This document shows positions 1 through 9,492 of a DNA stretch of 64,000 bases, in pieces. Within the stretch, counting starts at the first letter, position 1; each line of letters starts with the position of its first letter. The stretch comes from an uncultured Bacteroidales bacterium (lineage in GTDB: Bacteria; Bacteroidota; Bacteroidia; Bacteroidales; F082). Below the pieces are notes generated by a model. The model was not told the DNA's origin. It was given only the letters and a program-made list of their open reading frames with translations, and made no database searches. The DNA is taken from contig ONJF01000012.1 in assembly GCA_900318085.1 (NCBI GenBank), positions 7,926-71,925 of the forward strand, read 5' to 3'. Made by a program: the position numbers and the translations under genes.

Positions 1-522
1 TTGGGTGAGATTGCAGGCGACAGCGTGGTCAACAAATACAACAACCTTATCAGTCATTACGCTATTGAAAATCCTGGAAACCTGCATTTCATGTGGGATC
101 TTAATCCTTCCGATGCCGGCTGCATATACGGCTTTGGCGATGCCATCGACATCCTTTGGGACCAGAATCAAGACGATGCCGAGGTGAATCTTTATGTATA
201 TGCCAACAACGGTTGCGCCGCACTTAACAAACACATCAGCCTCATCGGGTATTCCACCTCCGAATGGCATTCCATCGACTTTGAGCTCTTCCCCAACCCC
301 ACCGACGGCAAGGTCAACCTCGTCGTTGGAGAGACGCTGCAAGGCAAGGCGGTTGTTGAAGTTTACAACCTGTTGGGCGAACGGATGATGACGAAAAACA
401 TAGGCCGTTTGTTAAAAGGCGAGACGATTTCATTGGATTTAAGACATCTTGTTTCGGGGCTCTATATCGTCAAATTGAGCACTGAAAACGGCAGTTGTTC
501 AAAGAAAGTGAGCGTCAGGTGA
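1..522 (+). CDS. 3' part of a secreted protein with a T9SS C-terminal sorting domain (5' end outside the window)
   Basis: The ORF is open to the window edge. The last ~80 aa (FELFPNPTDGKVNLVVGE...GLYIVKLSTENGSCSKKVSVR) fit the T9SS CTD pattern. Confidence 0.7.
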   Translation: MGEIAGDSVVNKYNNLISHYAIENPGNLHFMWDLNPSDAGCIYGFGDAIDILWDQNQDDAEVNLYVYANNGCAALNKHISLIGYSTSEWHSIDFELFPNPTDGKVNLVVGETLQGKAVVEVYNLLGERMMTKNIGRLLKGETISLDLRHLVSGLYIVKLSTENGSCSKKVSVR

Positions 523-543
523 CGAAGAAAAGGAAGTATTTCC

Positions 544-551
544 TATTTTTG
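544..551 (+). promoter_or_regulatory. Candidate Bacteroidota -7 box (TATTTTTG)
   Basis: Matches TAnnTTTG. It lies ~187 nt upstream of the fba ATG, which implies a long leader. Confidence 0.3.
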
Positions 552-611
552 CAGACATTATTGTGTTATCACAAAACCAGCAAAACAATGCATAACCCCA
601 AAAAAGCTGGT

Positions 612-663
612 GGCGGCTACACAACCGTGTCGCCGCCGGAAGCCCGCCGGTTGGCAGGCTTCC
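612..663. repeat. Twin GC-rich hairpins in the fba leader (REP-like palindromic element)
   Basis: GGCGGC-N14-GCCGCC is followed directly by GGAAGCC-N12-GGCTTCC. Confidence 0.4.
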
Positions 664-737
664 CCAACCCAAACAATGGTTTTGTTGAGTTTTGCAAGTT
701 TTGTTAGAAAAAAGACAAACAACTAAATCAATACAAT

Positions 738-1745
738 ATGGTAAGCTACAAAGAATTAGGGCTCGTGAACACCCGTAAAATGTTCGCCAAGGCTGTGGAC
801 GGCGGCTATGCCATCCCCGCTTTCAACTTCAACAATATGGAACAGATGCAGGCCATCATCATGGCTGCCGTTGAGACCAAGTCGCCTGTCATCCTGCAGG
901 TGTCGAAAGGTGCGCGCAACTACGCCAACCAGACCCTGCTGCGCTACATGGCCCAAGGTGCCGTGGAATACGCCAAGGAACTGGGCTGCGCCCATCCTGA
1001 AATCGTCCTTCACCTCGACCACGGCGACAGCTTCGAGCTGTGCAAGTCGTGCATCGACATGGGCTTCTCGTCGGTGATGATCGACGGCTCTGCCCTGCCC
1101 TACGATGAGAATGTGGCCCTCACGAAAAAGGTCGTCGACTACGCCCATCAGTTTGATGTGACCGTGGAAGGCGAACTCGGCGTGTTGGCCGGCGTAGAAG
1201 ACGAAGTGGCCGCCGAAGAGAGCCACTACACCAAGCCCGAGGAGGTCATCGACTTCGTGACCAAGACCGGTGTGGACTCGTTGGCCATCAGCATCGGCAC
1301 TTCGCATGGCGCCTATAAGTTCACTCCCGAGCAGTGCACCGTTGACCCCACCACGGGTCGCCTCGTGCCGCCTCCGTTGGCTTTCGATGTGCTCGAAGCC
1401 ATCGAGAAGAAACTGCCCGGCTTCCCCATCGTGTTGCACGGTTCGTCGTCGGTGCCGCAAGACGAGGTGGACACCATTAATAAGTATGGTGGCTCGCTAA
1501 AAGCCGCTGTGGGCATCCCCGAGGAGCAGCTGCGCAAGGCTGCCAAGAGCGCCGTCTGCAAGATCAACATCGACAGCGACAGCCGTCTCGCCATGACTGC
1601 TGCCATCCGCAAGGCCTTCGCCGAGAAGCCCGCCGAGTTCGACCCGCGCAAGTACCTCGGTCCCGCCCGCGACAGCATGAAGAAACTCTATGAGCACAAG
1701 ATCATCAACGTCTTGGGATCGAACGACAAGCTCGAAAATGCATAA
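738..1745 (+). CDS. fba: Class II fructose-1,6-bisphosphate aldolase
   Basis: 335 aa. GGYAIPAFNFNNMEQ, LHLDHG and SHGAYKF are typical of metal-dependent FBA. Confidence 0.9.
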   Translation: MVSYKELGLVNTRKMFAKAVDGGYAIPAFNFNNMEQMQAIIMAAVETKSPVILQVSKGARNYANQTLLRYMAQGAVEYAKELGCAHPEIVLHLDHGDSFELCKSCIDMGFSSVMIDGSALPYDENVALTKKVVDYAHQFDVTVEGELGVLAGVEDEVAAEESHYTKPEEVIDFVTKTGVDSLAISIGTSHGAYKFTPEQCTVDPTTGRLVPPPLAFDVLEAIEKKLPGFPIVLHGSSSVPQDEVDTINKYGGSLKAAVGIPEEQLRKAAKSAVCKINIDSDSRLAMTAAIRKAFAEKPAEFDPRKYLGPARDSMKKLYEHKIINVLGSNDKLENA

Positions 1746-1748
1746 AGC

Positions 1749-2075
1749 ATGGGTAAACTGAAAGACGCTCACATTTTTAGCCAAGAGAAAGGCTCCATTG
1801 CGAAGTTTTTCGTGTTTGTAGCCGCTTTAGCTGCTTGTATGTTTGTTGGAGGACTTATCCCTTCTCTCATTCATAAAGAGCCTTTCGATTGGTGGGGGAT
1901 GCTTATGACCGTTATTGTCCTTGCTGCACTTTTTACAGCGGATTACTTCATTGCAAGGCTCCTCGCCTATCACACTAAAATCTTCCCGAAAACCGAGAAC
2001 CGTGAAGGCACACACGGTGTGTGTTTCTTTTTTCTCATGATTCTTTCCGTCATTTTGCTTTTGGTTTTTACTTGA
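1749..2075 (+). CDS. Small hypothetical membrane protein
   Basis: 108 aa with 2-3 hydrophobic helices. Starts 3 nt after the fba stop. Confidence 0.45.
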   Translation: MGKLKDAHIFSQEKGSIAKFFVFVAALAACMFVGGLIPSLIHKEPFDWWGMLMTVIVLAALFTADYFIARLLAYHTKIFPKTENREGTHGVCFFFLMILSVILLLVFT

Positions 2076-2104
2076 GACAAAAGCAATTTTTCAAACCAAA
2101 ATGG

Positions 2105-2143
2105 AAAAATCCGTCAAATTGTTTGACGGATTTTTCTCTTTTT
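2105..2143 (+). terminator. Intrinsic terminator
   Basis: AAAAATCCGTCAA-attg-TTGACGGATTTTT stem followed by a T-run. Confidence 0.7.
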
Positions 2144-2156
2144 AGACGAAAATGTG

Positions 2157-2164
2157 TATTTTTG
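2157..2164 (+). promoter_or_regulatory. -7 box TATTTTTG
   Basis: Matches TAnnTTTG, 24 nt before the ATG at 2188. Confidence 0.5.
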
Positions 2165-2187
2165 CAACAATTACAAATCATAATACC

Positions 2188-2463
2188 ATGAGCGAAGCAA
2201 CATTGCAAGGCCTGTTGGATTACCTATATAGCACTCTTACCCCCGACAACATGCGTTGGATGGCGATACATTTGATGGCTCACGCCGATGCCGATGAGGG
2301 AAAAGTGAAGCCATACACCATAGAGGAACTGCATCAAATGGTTGCTGCAGGCGAACAACAATTTGCAGAAGGAAAATGGCAAGACTCGGAAGACATGTTC
2401 CGAGAATTGGAAGAAGAATTTGCGGCTGAAGAACTTCATCACACCGAAGTCGTTGCATTCTAG
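2188..2463 (+). CDS. Hypothetical acidic protein
   Basis: ORF 2152..2463 trimmed to the ATG (MSEATLQGLL) downstream of the -7 box. No recognisable domain. Confidence 0.4.
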   Translation: MSEATLQGLLDYLYSTLTPDNMRWMAIHLMAHADADEGKVKPYTIEELHQMVAAGEQQFAEGKWQDSEDMFRELEEEFAAEELHHTEVVAF

Positions 2464-2504
2464 GACGCCCGCCGCGAACCGAAAAAACAAGCCGAGCAAA
2501 TGAA

Positions 2505-2978
2505 ATGAGCAAGAAACTGGTATATATTCTCGCCGTATTTGTTGCCATCTCATCGTGCAGCCTTGTAAAGCAACCCTTTTCTTTCCAAAAAGAAATCGGT
2601 TTCCATTACGATTGCACAGGCCTTGCTCCTGATTGTATTCATGTAGAAATCAAGAGAGGCTTTGCACTTGGCGAAGAAGAAATAAACATCGAAACGCATC
2701 AGGGGTATGTAAAAAGTGGAGTCGTTCATTGGCAAGGTAAAACAACGGACAAAAACGGTGATGAGTTGCCCTTTGTAGAGTTCTATGAAATCGATTCGAC
2801 TTATTATGAAGACATCCAAAACACCGACAAGTTTCATGAATCGTACTACGGGCACTTTCTTGGCACATCGGATGAACACGGAAACTTCAACATAAGAAGC
2901 CGGACAAAGTCGTGTCAAGGTTTTTTTGTTGATCAAATAGGATATCTTGGCACAATTTACTATCTTCGCCGCAAATAA
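2505..2978 (+). CDS. Hypothetical lipoprotein
   Basis: 157 aa with an N-terminal lipobox-like signal (LAVFVAISSCS). Confidence 0.5.
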   Translation: MSKKLVYILAVFVAISSCSLVKQPFSFQKEIGFHYDCTGLAPDCIHVEIKRGFALGEEEINIETHQGYVKSGVVHWQGKTTDKNGDELPFVEFYEIDSTYYEDIQNTDKFHESYYGHFLGTSDEHGNFNIRSRTKSCQGFFVDQIGYLGTIYYLRRK

Positions 2979-3000
2979 GCATAAAAAGGAGAATGTTAAC

Positions 3001-4719
3001 ATGAAAAAAACATTTATACTTGGAGCCTTGTTGCTAGTTTCGTTGGTTGTCTCGGCGCAAGTATCGTTCTCTGCGCATGTGTTTCTGCCCACGAATGAGC
3101 CTCTCGACTATTCTTTCCCGTTCTATTTGAAAGTGGACAGCGAGGACACTGTACGCTTTCAGTTCGACAGCACCGCTTCAGTACGATTCGACAACATTGC
3201 TATCGGTTCACGGTGTCATCTCACTTACGACGATGTTGTGGGGTCATACGACTATCCCGTGTTCACGATTACCGAAGACACGTACATCGATTCATTGGTG
3301 TTGCGGCGTATTCCCAGAGAAAAAGAATGGTTCAGTACCAAGTTCCAAAAAGACAGCACATTTAATAGCAGGGCAATCCACTGGTCGCATGATGTAGATG
3401 GATACGACACTTTATGGTATGAGAATCATTCATGGCTTGACAAAGAACCACATTCGTTGAAACTGGCGCGCCTCTACTATTCCGATTGGATTGCACCTCT
3501 TGCCTCGTGGCGGACATGGCCGCATGCTGCCGACAGTGCCTATCGCTATTGCCTACATGCAAGCAAGCAACACCCCTACCTTTATTATCCCTTGCGCCAG
3601 TTGGCACAGTATTTTGGCAAAAGGACAGAAATGAAACCTCCAAAAGAGCCCGATGAATACACCTATTTCCCACAGCCCGAGATGCCCGAAGATTGGTGGA
3701 TGGACACTACTGTCAATCTCTTCTCTCTTTGGGAACAACATGAACAGGAAAACATTAGAGCCCGCAACCACACCCTCGGAATAGCCTACGAGAAGAGTCT
3801 CTGCTATCCCATAGCGACCGAAGGCACTATGCGCCTTATGATACTCGACCCTTTAGGTTGGGGTGTGATAATCTATCGCGTTGAAGGAGAGCAAATATAT
3901 CGTAAGAGAATAAGCGCTTATGGTGACGAACTAAAAGATAATGAGTTTTATACACTTACTGATGACGAACTTGACTCGGTGTCGATGACCGTTGAGGCCT
4001 TCCATCGCGCCGAACGCCCCGATGATGAAAGTGGTCCGTATGTTATCGACGGTTGCTCATTCATGCTGGAATACATCATAAATGGCAAATATCATCGATA
4101 CACCACCAGCAGTGGCGCCATTCCACCACAACTTAAAGCCATCATGGGACTATTGTGGAACATCTACAAAAGGAAGTTACCAAACTTTATCCCTATTCAA
4201 ATATCGAGCATCGTGCCCAACAAGGAATTTGGTTGTTCCATCGCAACCGTGTTTTCTTGTATGAGTGACACAGTGACGGTTGGGTATTTGCTTGTTCCAA
4301 AGGAAGACGAACATTCAATGCAAATATTCAACAGAAGTGTGTCTGTGGACCTTTGGGATGAGGCTGTAGGGATTAGCCAAAAGAGATTTGTGCCAGATTT
4401 GTCAGACGTACAACAGGCCGAGTCCGTTTTGGCAGAAGTGATGAGAGACGGTGTTCTTCCCAAGATGGGACGATACAACCGAAACATCGGAAACCTTAAC
4501 AACTACACGAAGTATGAGCGAACATACGGCTTCTATTACAATGAAAATGAGGAGAAATGTGTGTATATCCAAATGGAACTAGCTGATCCTTCTTTTCCTC
4601 GTTCTTATGTTGGATTCGGTAAGTTTTGGGATGGCTGTGACGACGATGTATATATTAACCTCAATTTAGAGAGTCACAAAGTCATCAGAGCATATCCGAG
4701 CACTTGCCAGGGTTATTGA
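3001..4719 (+). CDS. Hypothetical secreted protein
   Basis: ORF trimmed to MKKTFILGALLLVSLVVSAQ (signal peptide). 572 aa, no domain recognised. Confidence 0.5.
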   Translation: MKKTFILGALLLVSLVVSAQVSFSAHVFLPTNEPLDYSFPFYLKVDSEDTVRFQFDSTASVRFDNIAIGSRCHLTYDDVVGSYDYPVFTITEDTYIDSLVLRRIPREKEWFSTKFQKDSTFNSRAIHWSHDVDGYDTLWYENHSWLDKEPHSLKLARLYYSDWIAPLASWRTWPHAADSAYRYCLHASKQHPYLYYPLRQLAQYFGKRTEMKPPKEPDEYTYFPQPEMPEDWWMDTTVNLFSLWEQHEQENIRARNHTLGIAYEKSLCYPIATEGTMRLMILDPLGWGVIIYRVEGEQIYRKRISAYGDELKDNEFYTLTDDELDSVSMTVEAFHRAERPDDESGPYVIDGCSFMLEYIINGKYHRYTTSSGAIPPQLKAIMGLLWNIYKRKLPNFIPIQISSIVPNKEFGCSIATVFSCMSDTVTVGYLLVPKEDEHSMQIFNRSVSVDLWDEAVGISQKRFVPDLSDVQQAESVLAEVMRDGVLPKMGRYNRNIGNLNNYTKYERTYGFYYNENEEKCVYIQMELADPSFPRSYVGFGKFWDGCDDDVYINLNLESHKVIRAYPSTCQGY

Positions 4720-4781
4720 TTGCATGTAATACCCTGCGGTTTGCATTAGAACAAGGAAGTTTTACATTTAATAATGACACC

Positions 4782-5147
4782 ATGAAAAGATTACCCTTAC
4801 TAGCCTTATTATTTCTGGTGCTTTCAATTTCGTCATGCAATCACGACAATGGTTTTGATAACAGATATGTGATAAAAGATGTTTCTCGGCCATGTAATAT
4901 CTCTTTGTGTGCTTCCGACACAACAATGTGCCCCACAAGTGTATCCATTCACTTCATGGGTGCAGTAAATGGAGAATGTGCATTCGATATTGAAAATGGC
5001 GCAGCACGCTATAACACCATCAAACTCAAAGACTCCATAAATTATCTTTACGAGAATGAATGGTATGAACCCAAAATCAATGTCAAGTACCTTCCCGACC
5101 CGAAGATTACAGGGGATAGTATAATTATTGAATACCAAATGCAGTAG
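4782..5147 (+). CDS. Hypothetical lipoprotein
   Basis: ORF trimmed to MKRLPLLALLFLVLSISSCN (SpII-type signal). Confidence 0.5.
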   Translation: MKRLPLLALLFLVLSISSCNHDNGFDNRYVIKDVSRPCNISLCASDTTMCPTSVSIHFMGAVNGECAFDIENGAARYNTIKLKDSINYLYENEWYEPKINVKYLPDPKITGDSIIIEYQMQ

Positions 5148-5186
5148 TTTTTACATAATCTTGTAAGAAAGTATCACAAAAAGCAC

Positions 5187-5194
5187 TATTTTTG
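5187..5194 (+). promoter_or_regulatory. -7 box TATTTTTG, possible purB promoter
   Basis: Matches TAnnTTTG, ~198 nt before the purB ATG. The structured element at 5240..5329 would then lie in the leader. Confidence 0.35.
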
Positions 5195-5239
5195 CGATAC
5201 TTTTGTTATAAACCCAAGAGGACAAACACCGAGCCTCTT

Positions 5240-5329
5240 GCCGTCATGGCGGAGGAACATCCGCCATCTCCTACGCTGAAGGATATCCCTTCTGCGTGGG
5301 AGATTGCGGGTCAAGCCCGCAATGACGGC
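5240..5329. repeat. 90-nt compound palindrome that folds as a perfect four-way junction (REP/BIME-like element or structured leader RNA)
   Basis: P1 is GCCGTC (5240-45) with GACGGC (5324-29). P2 is ATGGCGGA (5246-53) with TCCGCCAT (5260-67). P3 is CTCCTACGC (5268-76) with GCGTGGGAG (5294-5302), including one G-U pair. P4 is ATTGCGGG (5303-10) with CCCGCAAT (5316-23). There are no unpaired junction nucleotides. Confidence 0.6.
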
Positions 5330-5391
5330 ATAGGGTCAGGATAGTCCTTCTTGGTGTACTGAAGCAGCAAATAAAATAAACACATAAAAAA

Positions 5392-6673
5392 ATGAACCTC
5401 AATCCCCTAACAGCAATATCGCCCGTCGACGGGCGTTACCGTTCCAAGACCGTTGAGTTGGACGACTTTTTCAGTGAATTTGCCCTCATCCGCTATCGCG
5501 TGATGGTCGAAGTGGAGTATTACATCGCCTTGTGCGAACTGCCCCTGCCGCAACTCGAAAAATTCAACGGCGACTATGACGATCTCCGCGCCATCTATGA
5601 GGAATTCCAAACGGAAGACGCATTGGAAATCAAGGAGATAGAAAAAGAGACCAACCACGATGTGAAAGCTGTGGAATACTTCTTGAAACGCCGCTTCGAT
5701 GAATTCGGCCTGACCGAATTCAAGGAGTTTCTGCACTTCGGCCTCACCTCGCAGGACATCAACAACACCGCCGTGCCGCTCTCGATGATGGAGGCGCACA
5801 AACTGGTGGTGAAGCCCGCCTTGGAAGACCTCATCGACAAGCTGAAAGGCATGGCCGAGGAATGGCGCGACATCCCGATGTTGGCCAAGACCCACGGTCA
5901 GCCCGCCAGCCCGACACATCTGGGCAAAGAGATCTACGTCTTCGTGGAACGCCTCAACGACCAGCTGAAGATGCTCAACAGCGTGCCTTTCACGGCGAAG
6001 TTCGGCGGCGCCACGGGCAACATGAACGCCCACAAGGTGGCCTACCCCGACATCGACTGGCCTGCCTTCGCGAAGAAGTTCGTGGAGAAGAGCCTGAAAC
6101 TCAAGCGCCAGCAGACCACCACGCAAATCGAGCATTACGACTACATGGCCGCCTATTTCGACGCCTTGCGCCGCGTCAACACCATCCTGATTGACCTCTC
6201 GCGCGACATCTGGCTCTATGTGTCGATGGAATACTTCAAGCAGAAGATCAAGGCGGGCGAAGTCGGCTCGTCGGCGATGCCCCACAAGGTGAACCCCATC
6301 GACTTCGAGAACGCCGAAGGCAACCTCGGCATGGCCAACGCCATCCTCACTTTCTTGAGCACCAAGCTTTGCCCATACTTTGATTGCACTCAAGTCGCTC
6401 ATGAAAGGCTTGGACAAGCTCTTGCTCAACGAGGACAAGATCCGCCAAGACCTGCAGCAAAACTACGCCGTGGTGGCCGAAGCCATCCAGACCATCCTCC
6501 GCCGCGAGCAGGTTGAAGGTGCTTACGAGCTGCTGAAAGGGCTTACACGTACCAACAAGCATATCGGCAAAGCCGCCATTGATGAGTTCATCAAGGGATT
6601 GCCTGTGAGCGAGAAAATCAAGGCGGAACTGGCGGCCATCACGCCGGAGAATTATACTGGGTACAACTTTTAA
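5392..6673 (+). pseudogene. purB: Adenylosuccinate lyase interrupted by an internal deletion and frameshift
   Basis: The first frame reads good PurB up to ...GSSAMPHKVNPIDFENAEGNLGMANAILTFLSTKL (about nt 6369), then runs into a nonsense tail. The PurB C-terminus (AHTLIALKSLMKGLDKLLLNE...ITPENYTGYNF) continues in another frame from about 6371. About 22 conserved codons are missing at the junction AAGCTT/TGCCCAT. These should be the PxSRxQRDLTDSTVLRN region, recalled from memory of PurB. Confidence 0.7.
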
Positions 6674-6685
6674 TATTTTTGTATC

Positions 6686-7372
6686 ATGAAAAAGCCATTT
6701 TTAACCAGCGTCTTACTGTTAGGATTCATCATTGCCTTTGGACAAACTGCTGATTCCACTTACACGGTATCCACAGATTTCAAACACATTGTTTTTAATG
6801 TTGTGAGCGATTCCAATTCAGATTACTACTATCCAAAGTTAGAGGAGAAAGTAAAAAACAGCATGTCTGAATTGACTGCAACTGAATGTTACTATTTGTA
6901 TTATGGCCGTCTCTTTAAAAATAAGCACAAAGGTTTGCCTTTTCTTGCTTCTTCTGAGCGAATGGATTTTGACAAGGCACTCGCCAAAAATAACTGTAAA
7001 AAAATTATCAGCGCTGGTGTACCTCTTTTGGAAAGCAACCCCGTTGATCTGACTGTTTTGCTTCACACATGCAAATGCATGAAGGACAAGAAAGACGAAA
7101 GATGGGAAGAATATAACACGTTATTTACCAAGCTGCTTGATGCCATTTTTTCTGAAGGCACGGGGCAAAGTCCTGAAACTGCAATCAAAGTAGTCGACAT
7201 CGAAGATGAGCGTATTATTAAAGGTGTCCTTGGATTTATTGGCGGGACTGAAGGCTTGTATACGAATGAAAATCTTCACGGTAGAGTTTTCAATGTTTGG
7301 AGTTTGGGCGAACAAAAACTCTACTTTGAAGAATTGTTTTTCGAGGACATCGAAAGCCTTAAATTAAACTGA
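6686..7372 (+). CDS. Hypothetical secreted protein
   Basis: 228 aa with a signal peptide (MKKPFLTSVLLLGFIIAFGQ). No catalytic motif recognised. Confidence 0.5.
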   Translation: MKKPFLTSVLLLGFIIAFGQTADSTYTVSTDFKHIVFNVVSDSNSDYYYPKLEEKVKNSMSELTATECYYLYYGRLFKNKHKGLPFLASSERMDFDKALAKNNCKKIISAGVPLLESNPVDLTVLLHTCKCMKDKKDERWEEYNTLFTKLLDAIFSEGTGQSPETAIKVVDIEDERIIKGVLGFIGGTEGLYTNENLHGRVFNVWSLGEQKLYFEELFFEDIESLKLN

Positions 7373-7384
7373 TACAACAACGTT

Positions 7385-9220
7385 ATGAAGAAGCAGCCCA
7401 AGACTTTCTCCCGCGTCCTCACCTACGTCAAGCCCTACTGGGGCAGCATCGTCTTGAATCTGGTCTTCAACCTGATGACCATTTTCTTCTCGTTGTTCTC
7501 CTTTGCCTTGGTCGGGCCGTTCCTCACCTTATTATTCAAGGAAGGTGCGGTGGAAGTCATGGCCAAGCCCGAGTTCTCTTTCACCTCCGACTACCTGATG
7601 GGCTACCTCAACTGGTTCATGAGCAGCCTCATTGCCAGTGGAGGCAAATACCACGCGTTGGTCTTCATGTGTCTGTTGCTCCTTGCGGCCTTCTTCTTCC
7701 GCAACCTCGGACGCTTCTTCGCCTGCTATTTCATGGCTAACGTGCGTGTAGGTGCCGTCCACGACCTGCGCCGCGATGTCTACAACAAGATCCTCATCCT
7801 GCCCCTCTCCTTCTACCATAGCCGACAGAAAGGCGACACCATCGCCCGCATCACCACTGACGTGCAAGAGGTCGAAGTCTCGATTTTGAACTACTTGGAG
7901 ATGCTCATCAAGGATCCGCTGACCATCCTGTTCTTTTTCCTCTTCATGGTGACTTTGAGCCCGAAACTGACGCTCTTTGTCATCCTTGTCCTACCCATTG
8001 CTGGACTGCTTATCGGCAAGGTAGGCAAGATGCTGAAGAAAGAGTCGAAGGAAGGACAAAACAAATTGGCGGGCATCATCTCCACTGTGGAGGAAACCAT
8101 TTCCGGTTTGCGCATCATCAAGGCTTTCAACGCCATACGCTATTCCAGCGATAAGTTCGAGGAACAAAACAGCAACTACACCAAGGTGCTTCGCGGCATC
8201 CACCGCAAGCGCGACATGAGTTCGCCGATGAGTGAGTTCCTTTCGTCGGCAGTGGTCATCCTCGTGCTATGGTTCGGCGGCAAACTCATCCTCGGCGGCG
8301 GCAACCACATCGACGCAGGCAGTTTCATCAGCTACATCGTGGTGTTTTCGCAAATCATCACCCCTGCCAAGTCGTTCTCACAAGGCTACTACAACGTGCA
8401 GAAAGGCATCGCCTCTGCGGAGAGAATCTTTGAGATTCTCGATGCCGAAGAGGTCATCACCGAGAAAGAGAACGCCATTGAAATCAAAGACTTCAAAGAC
8501 AGCATCGAATATAAGGATGTGCATTTCAGCTATGGCAAGGACGAAGTGCTTAAAGGCATCGACTTAAAGATTCCAAAGGGGAAATTCGTCGCCCTCGTCG
8601 GCGAGAGCGGCGGCGGCAAGTCGACCATGGCCGACCTCCTGCCGCGTTTCTACGAGGTGGGTAGCGGCTGCGTCAGCATCGATGGGCATGACATCCGCGA
8701 CTACAAGATCGGCGACCTGCGCAACCTGATGGGTGTGGTGTCGCAAGAGACTATCCTCTTCAACGACACCGTGTTCAACAACATCGCCTTTGGCATGAAG
8801 GACGTCTCGAAGGAGCAGGTCATCGAAGCCGCCAAGATCGCCAACGCGCACGACTTCATCATGGAGTTGGAACACGGCTACGACACCCGCATCGGAGACC
8901 GAGGCATGAACCTTTCTGGCGGCCAACGCCAACGTTTGAGCATCGCCCGTGCCGTGCTGAAGAACCCGCCTATCCTCATCTTGGATGAAGCCACCTCGTC
9001 GCTCGACACCGAAAGCGAACGCTTGGTGCAAGACGCCTTGTCGAAGGTGATGAGCCAGCGCACCTCCATCGTCATCGCCCACCGCCTGTCGACCATCCAA
9101 TACGCCGACGAAATCGTGGTGCTACAAAAAGGCCAAATCATCGAGCGCGGCAAACACGACGACTTGATTGCCCTTGGCGGCGTCTACAAGAAACTCACCG
9201 ATTTGCAATCCATCGGATAA
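7385..9220 (+). CDS. ABC transporter permease/ATPase fusion, MsbA-like exporter
   Basis: 611 aa with a 6-TM N-domain. Walker A GESGGGKST, signature LSGGQRQR, Walker B ILILDEATS. Confidence 0.85.
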   Translation: MKKQPKTFSRVLTYVKPYWGSIVLNLVFNLMTIFFSLFSFALVGPFLTLLFKEGAVEVMAKPEFSFTSDYLMGYLNWFMSSLIASGGKYHALVFMCLLLLAAFFFRNLGRFFACYFMANVRVGAVHDLRRDVYNKILILPLSFYHSRQKGDTIARITTDVQEVEVSILNYLEMLIKDPLTILFFFLFMVTLSPKLTLFVILVLPIAGLLIGKVGKMLKKESKEGQNKLAGIISTVEETISGLRIIKAFNAIRYSSDKFEEQNSNYTKVLRGIHRKRDMSSPMSEFLSSAVVILVLWFGGKLILGGGNHIDAGSFISYIVVFSQIITPAKSFSQGYYNVQKGIASAERIFEILDAEEVITEKENAIEIKDFKDSIEYKDVHFSYGKDEVLKGIDLKIPKGKFVALVGESGGGKSTMADLLPRFYEVGSGCVSIDGHDIRDYKIGDLRNLMGVVSQETILFNDTVFNNIAFGMKDVSKEQVIEAAKIANAHDFIMELEHGYDTRIGDRGMNLSGGQRQRLSIARAVLKNPPILILDEATSSLDTESERLVQDALSKVMSQRTSIVIAHRLSTIQYADEIVVLQKGQIIERGKHDDLIALGGVYKKLTDLQSIG

Positions 9221-9223
9221 GCC

Positions 9224-9481
9224 ATGAAAAAACGATTCACCTTTTCCACCGGCGAGCACATCGAGGCCGACCTTAAGGACTTGCAAAGGCTCCTATCCGA
9301 TAACAAGCAATACTTGGAGAACTACGAAGAGGTTTTCAGTTCTCTAGAAGACGACGACTACGTGGCCCGTGGCAACGGCTTCTGCGACCGCAAATACAGC
9401 GACGACTTCATCGAGGGGCAACTGGAAAAATACGCGCAACGGGTGAAGGAAATCGAGAGATGGATTGCCGATTGGGAATAA
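9224..9481 (+). CDS. Small hypothetical acidic protein
   Basis: 85 aa, starts 3 nt after the ABC gene stop. Confidence 0.4.
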   Translation: MKKRFTFSTGEHIEADLKDLQRLLSDNKQYLENYEEVFSSLEDDDYVARGNGFCDRKYSDDFIEGQLEKYAQRVKEIERWIADWE

Positions 9482-9492
9482 TTCTCTTAAAG

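Noticed and set aside
5240-5329. Cloverleaf-like fold, considered as a tRNA or tmRNA-like gene
   Set aside because: The helices are 6-9 bp with no junction nucleotides. There is no D-loop or T-loop consensus (no GTTCRA), no 7-nt anticodon loop and no CCA context.
5407-6438. 343-aa ORF on the minus strand
   Set aside because: It lies antisense to purB and is a shadow ORF.
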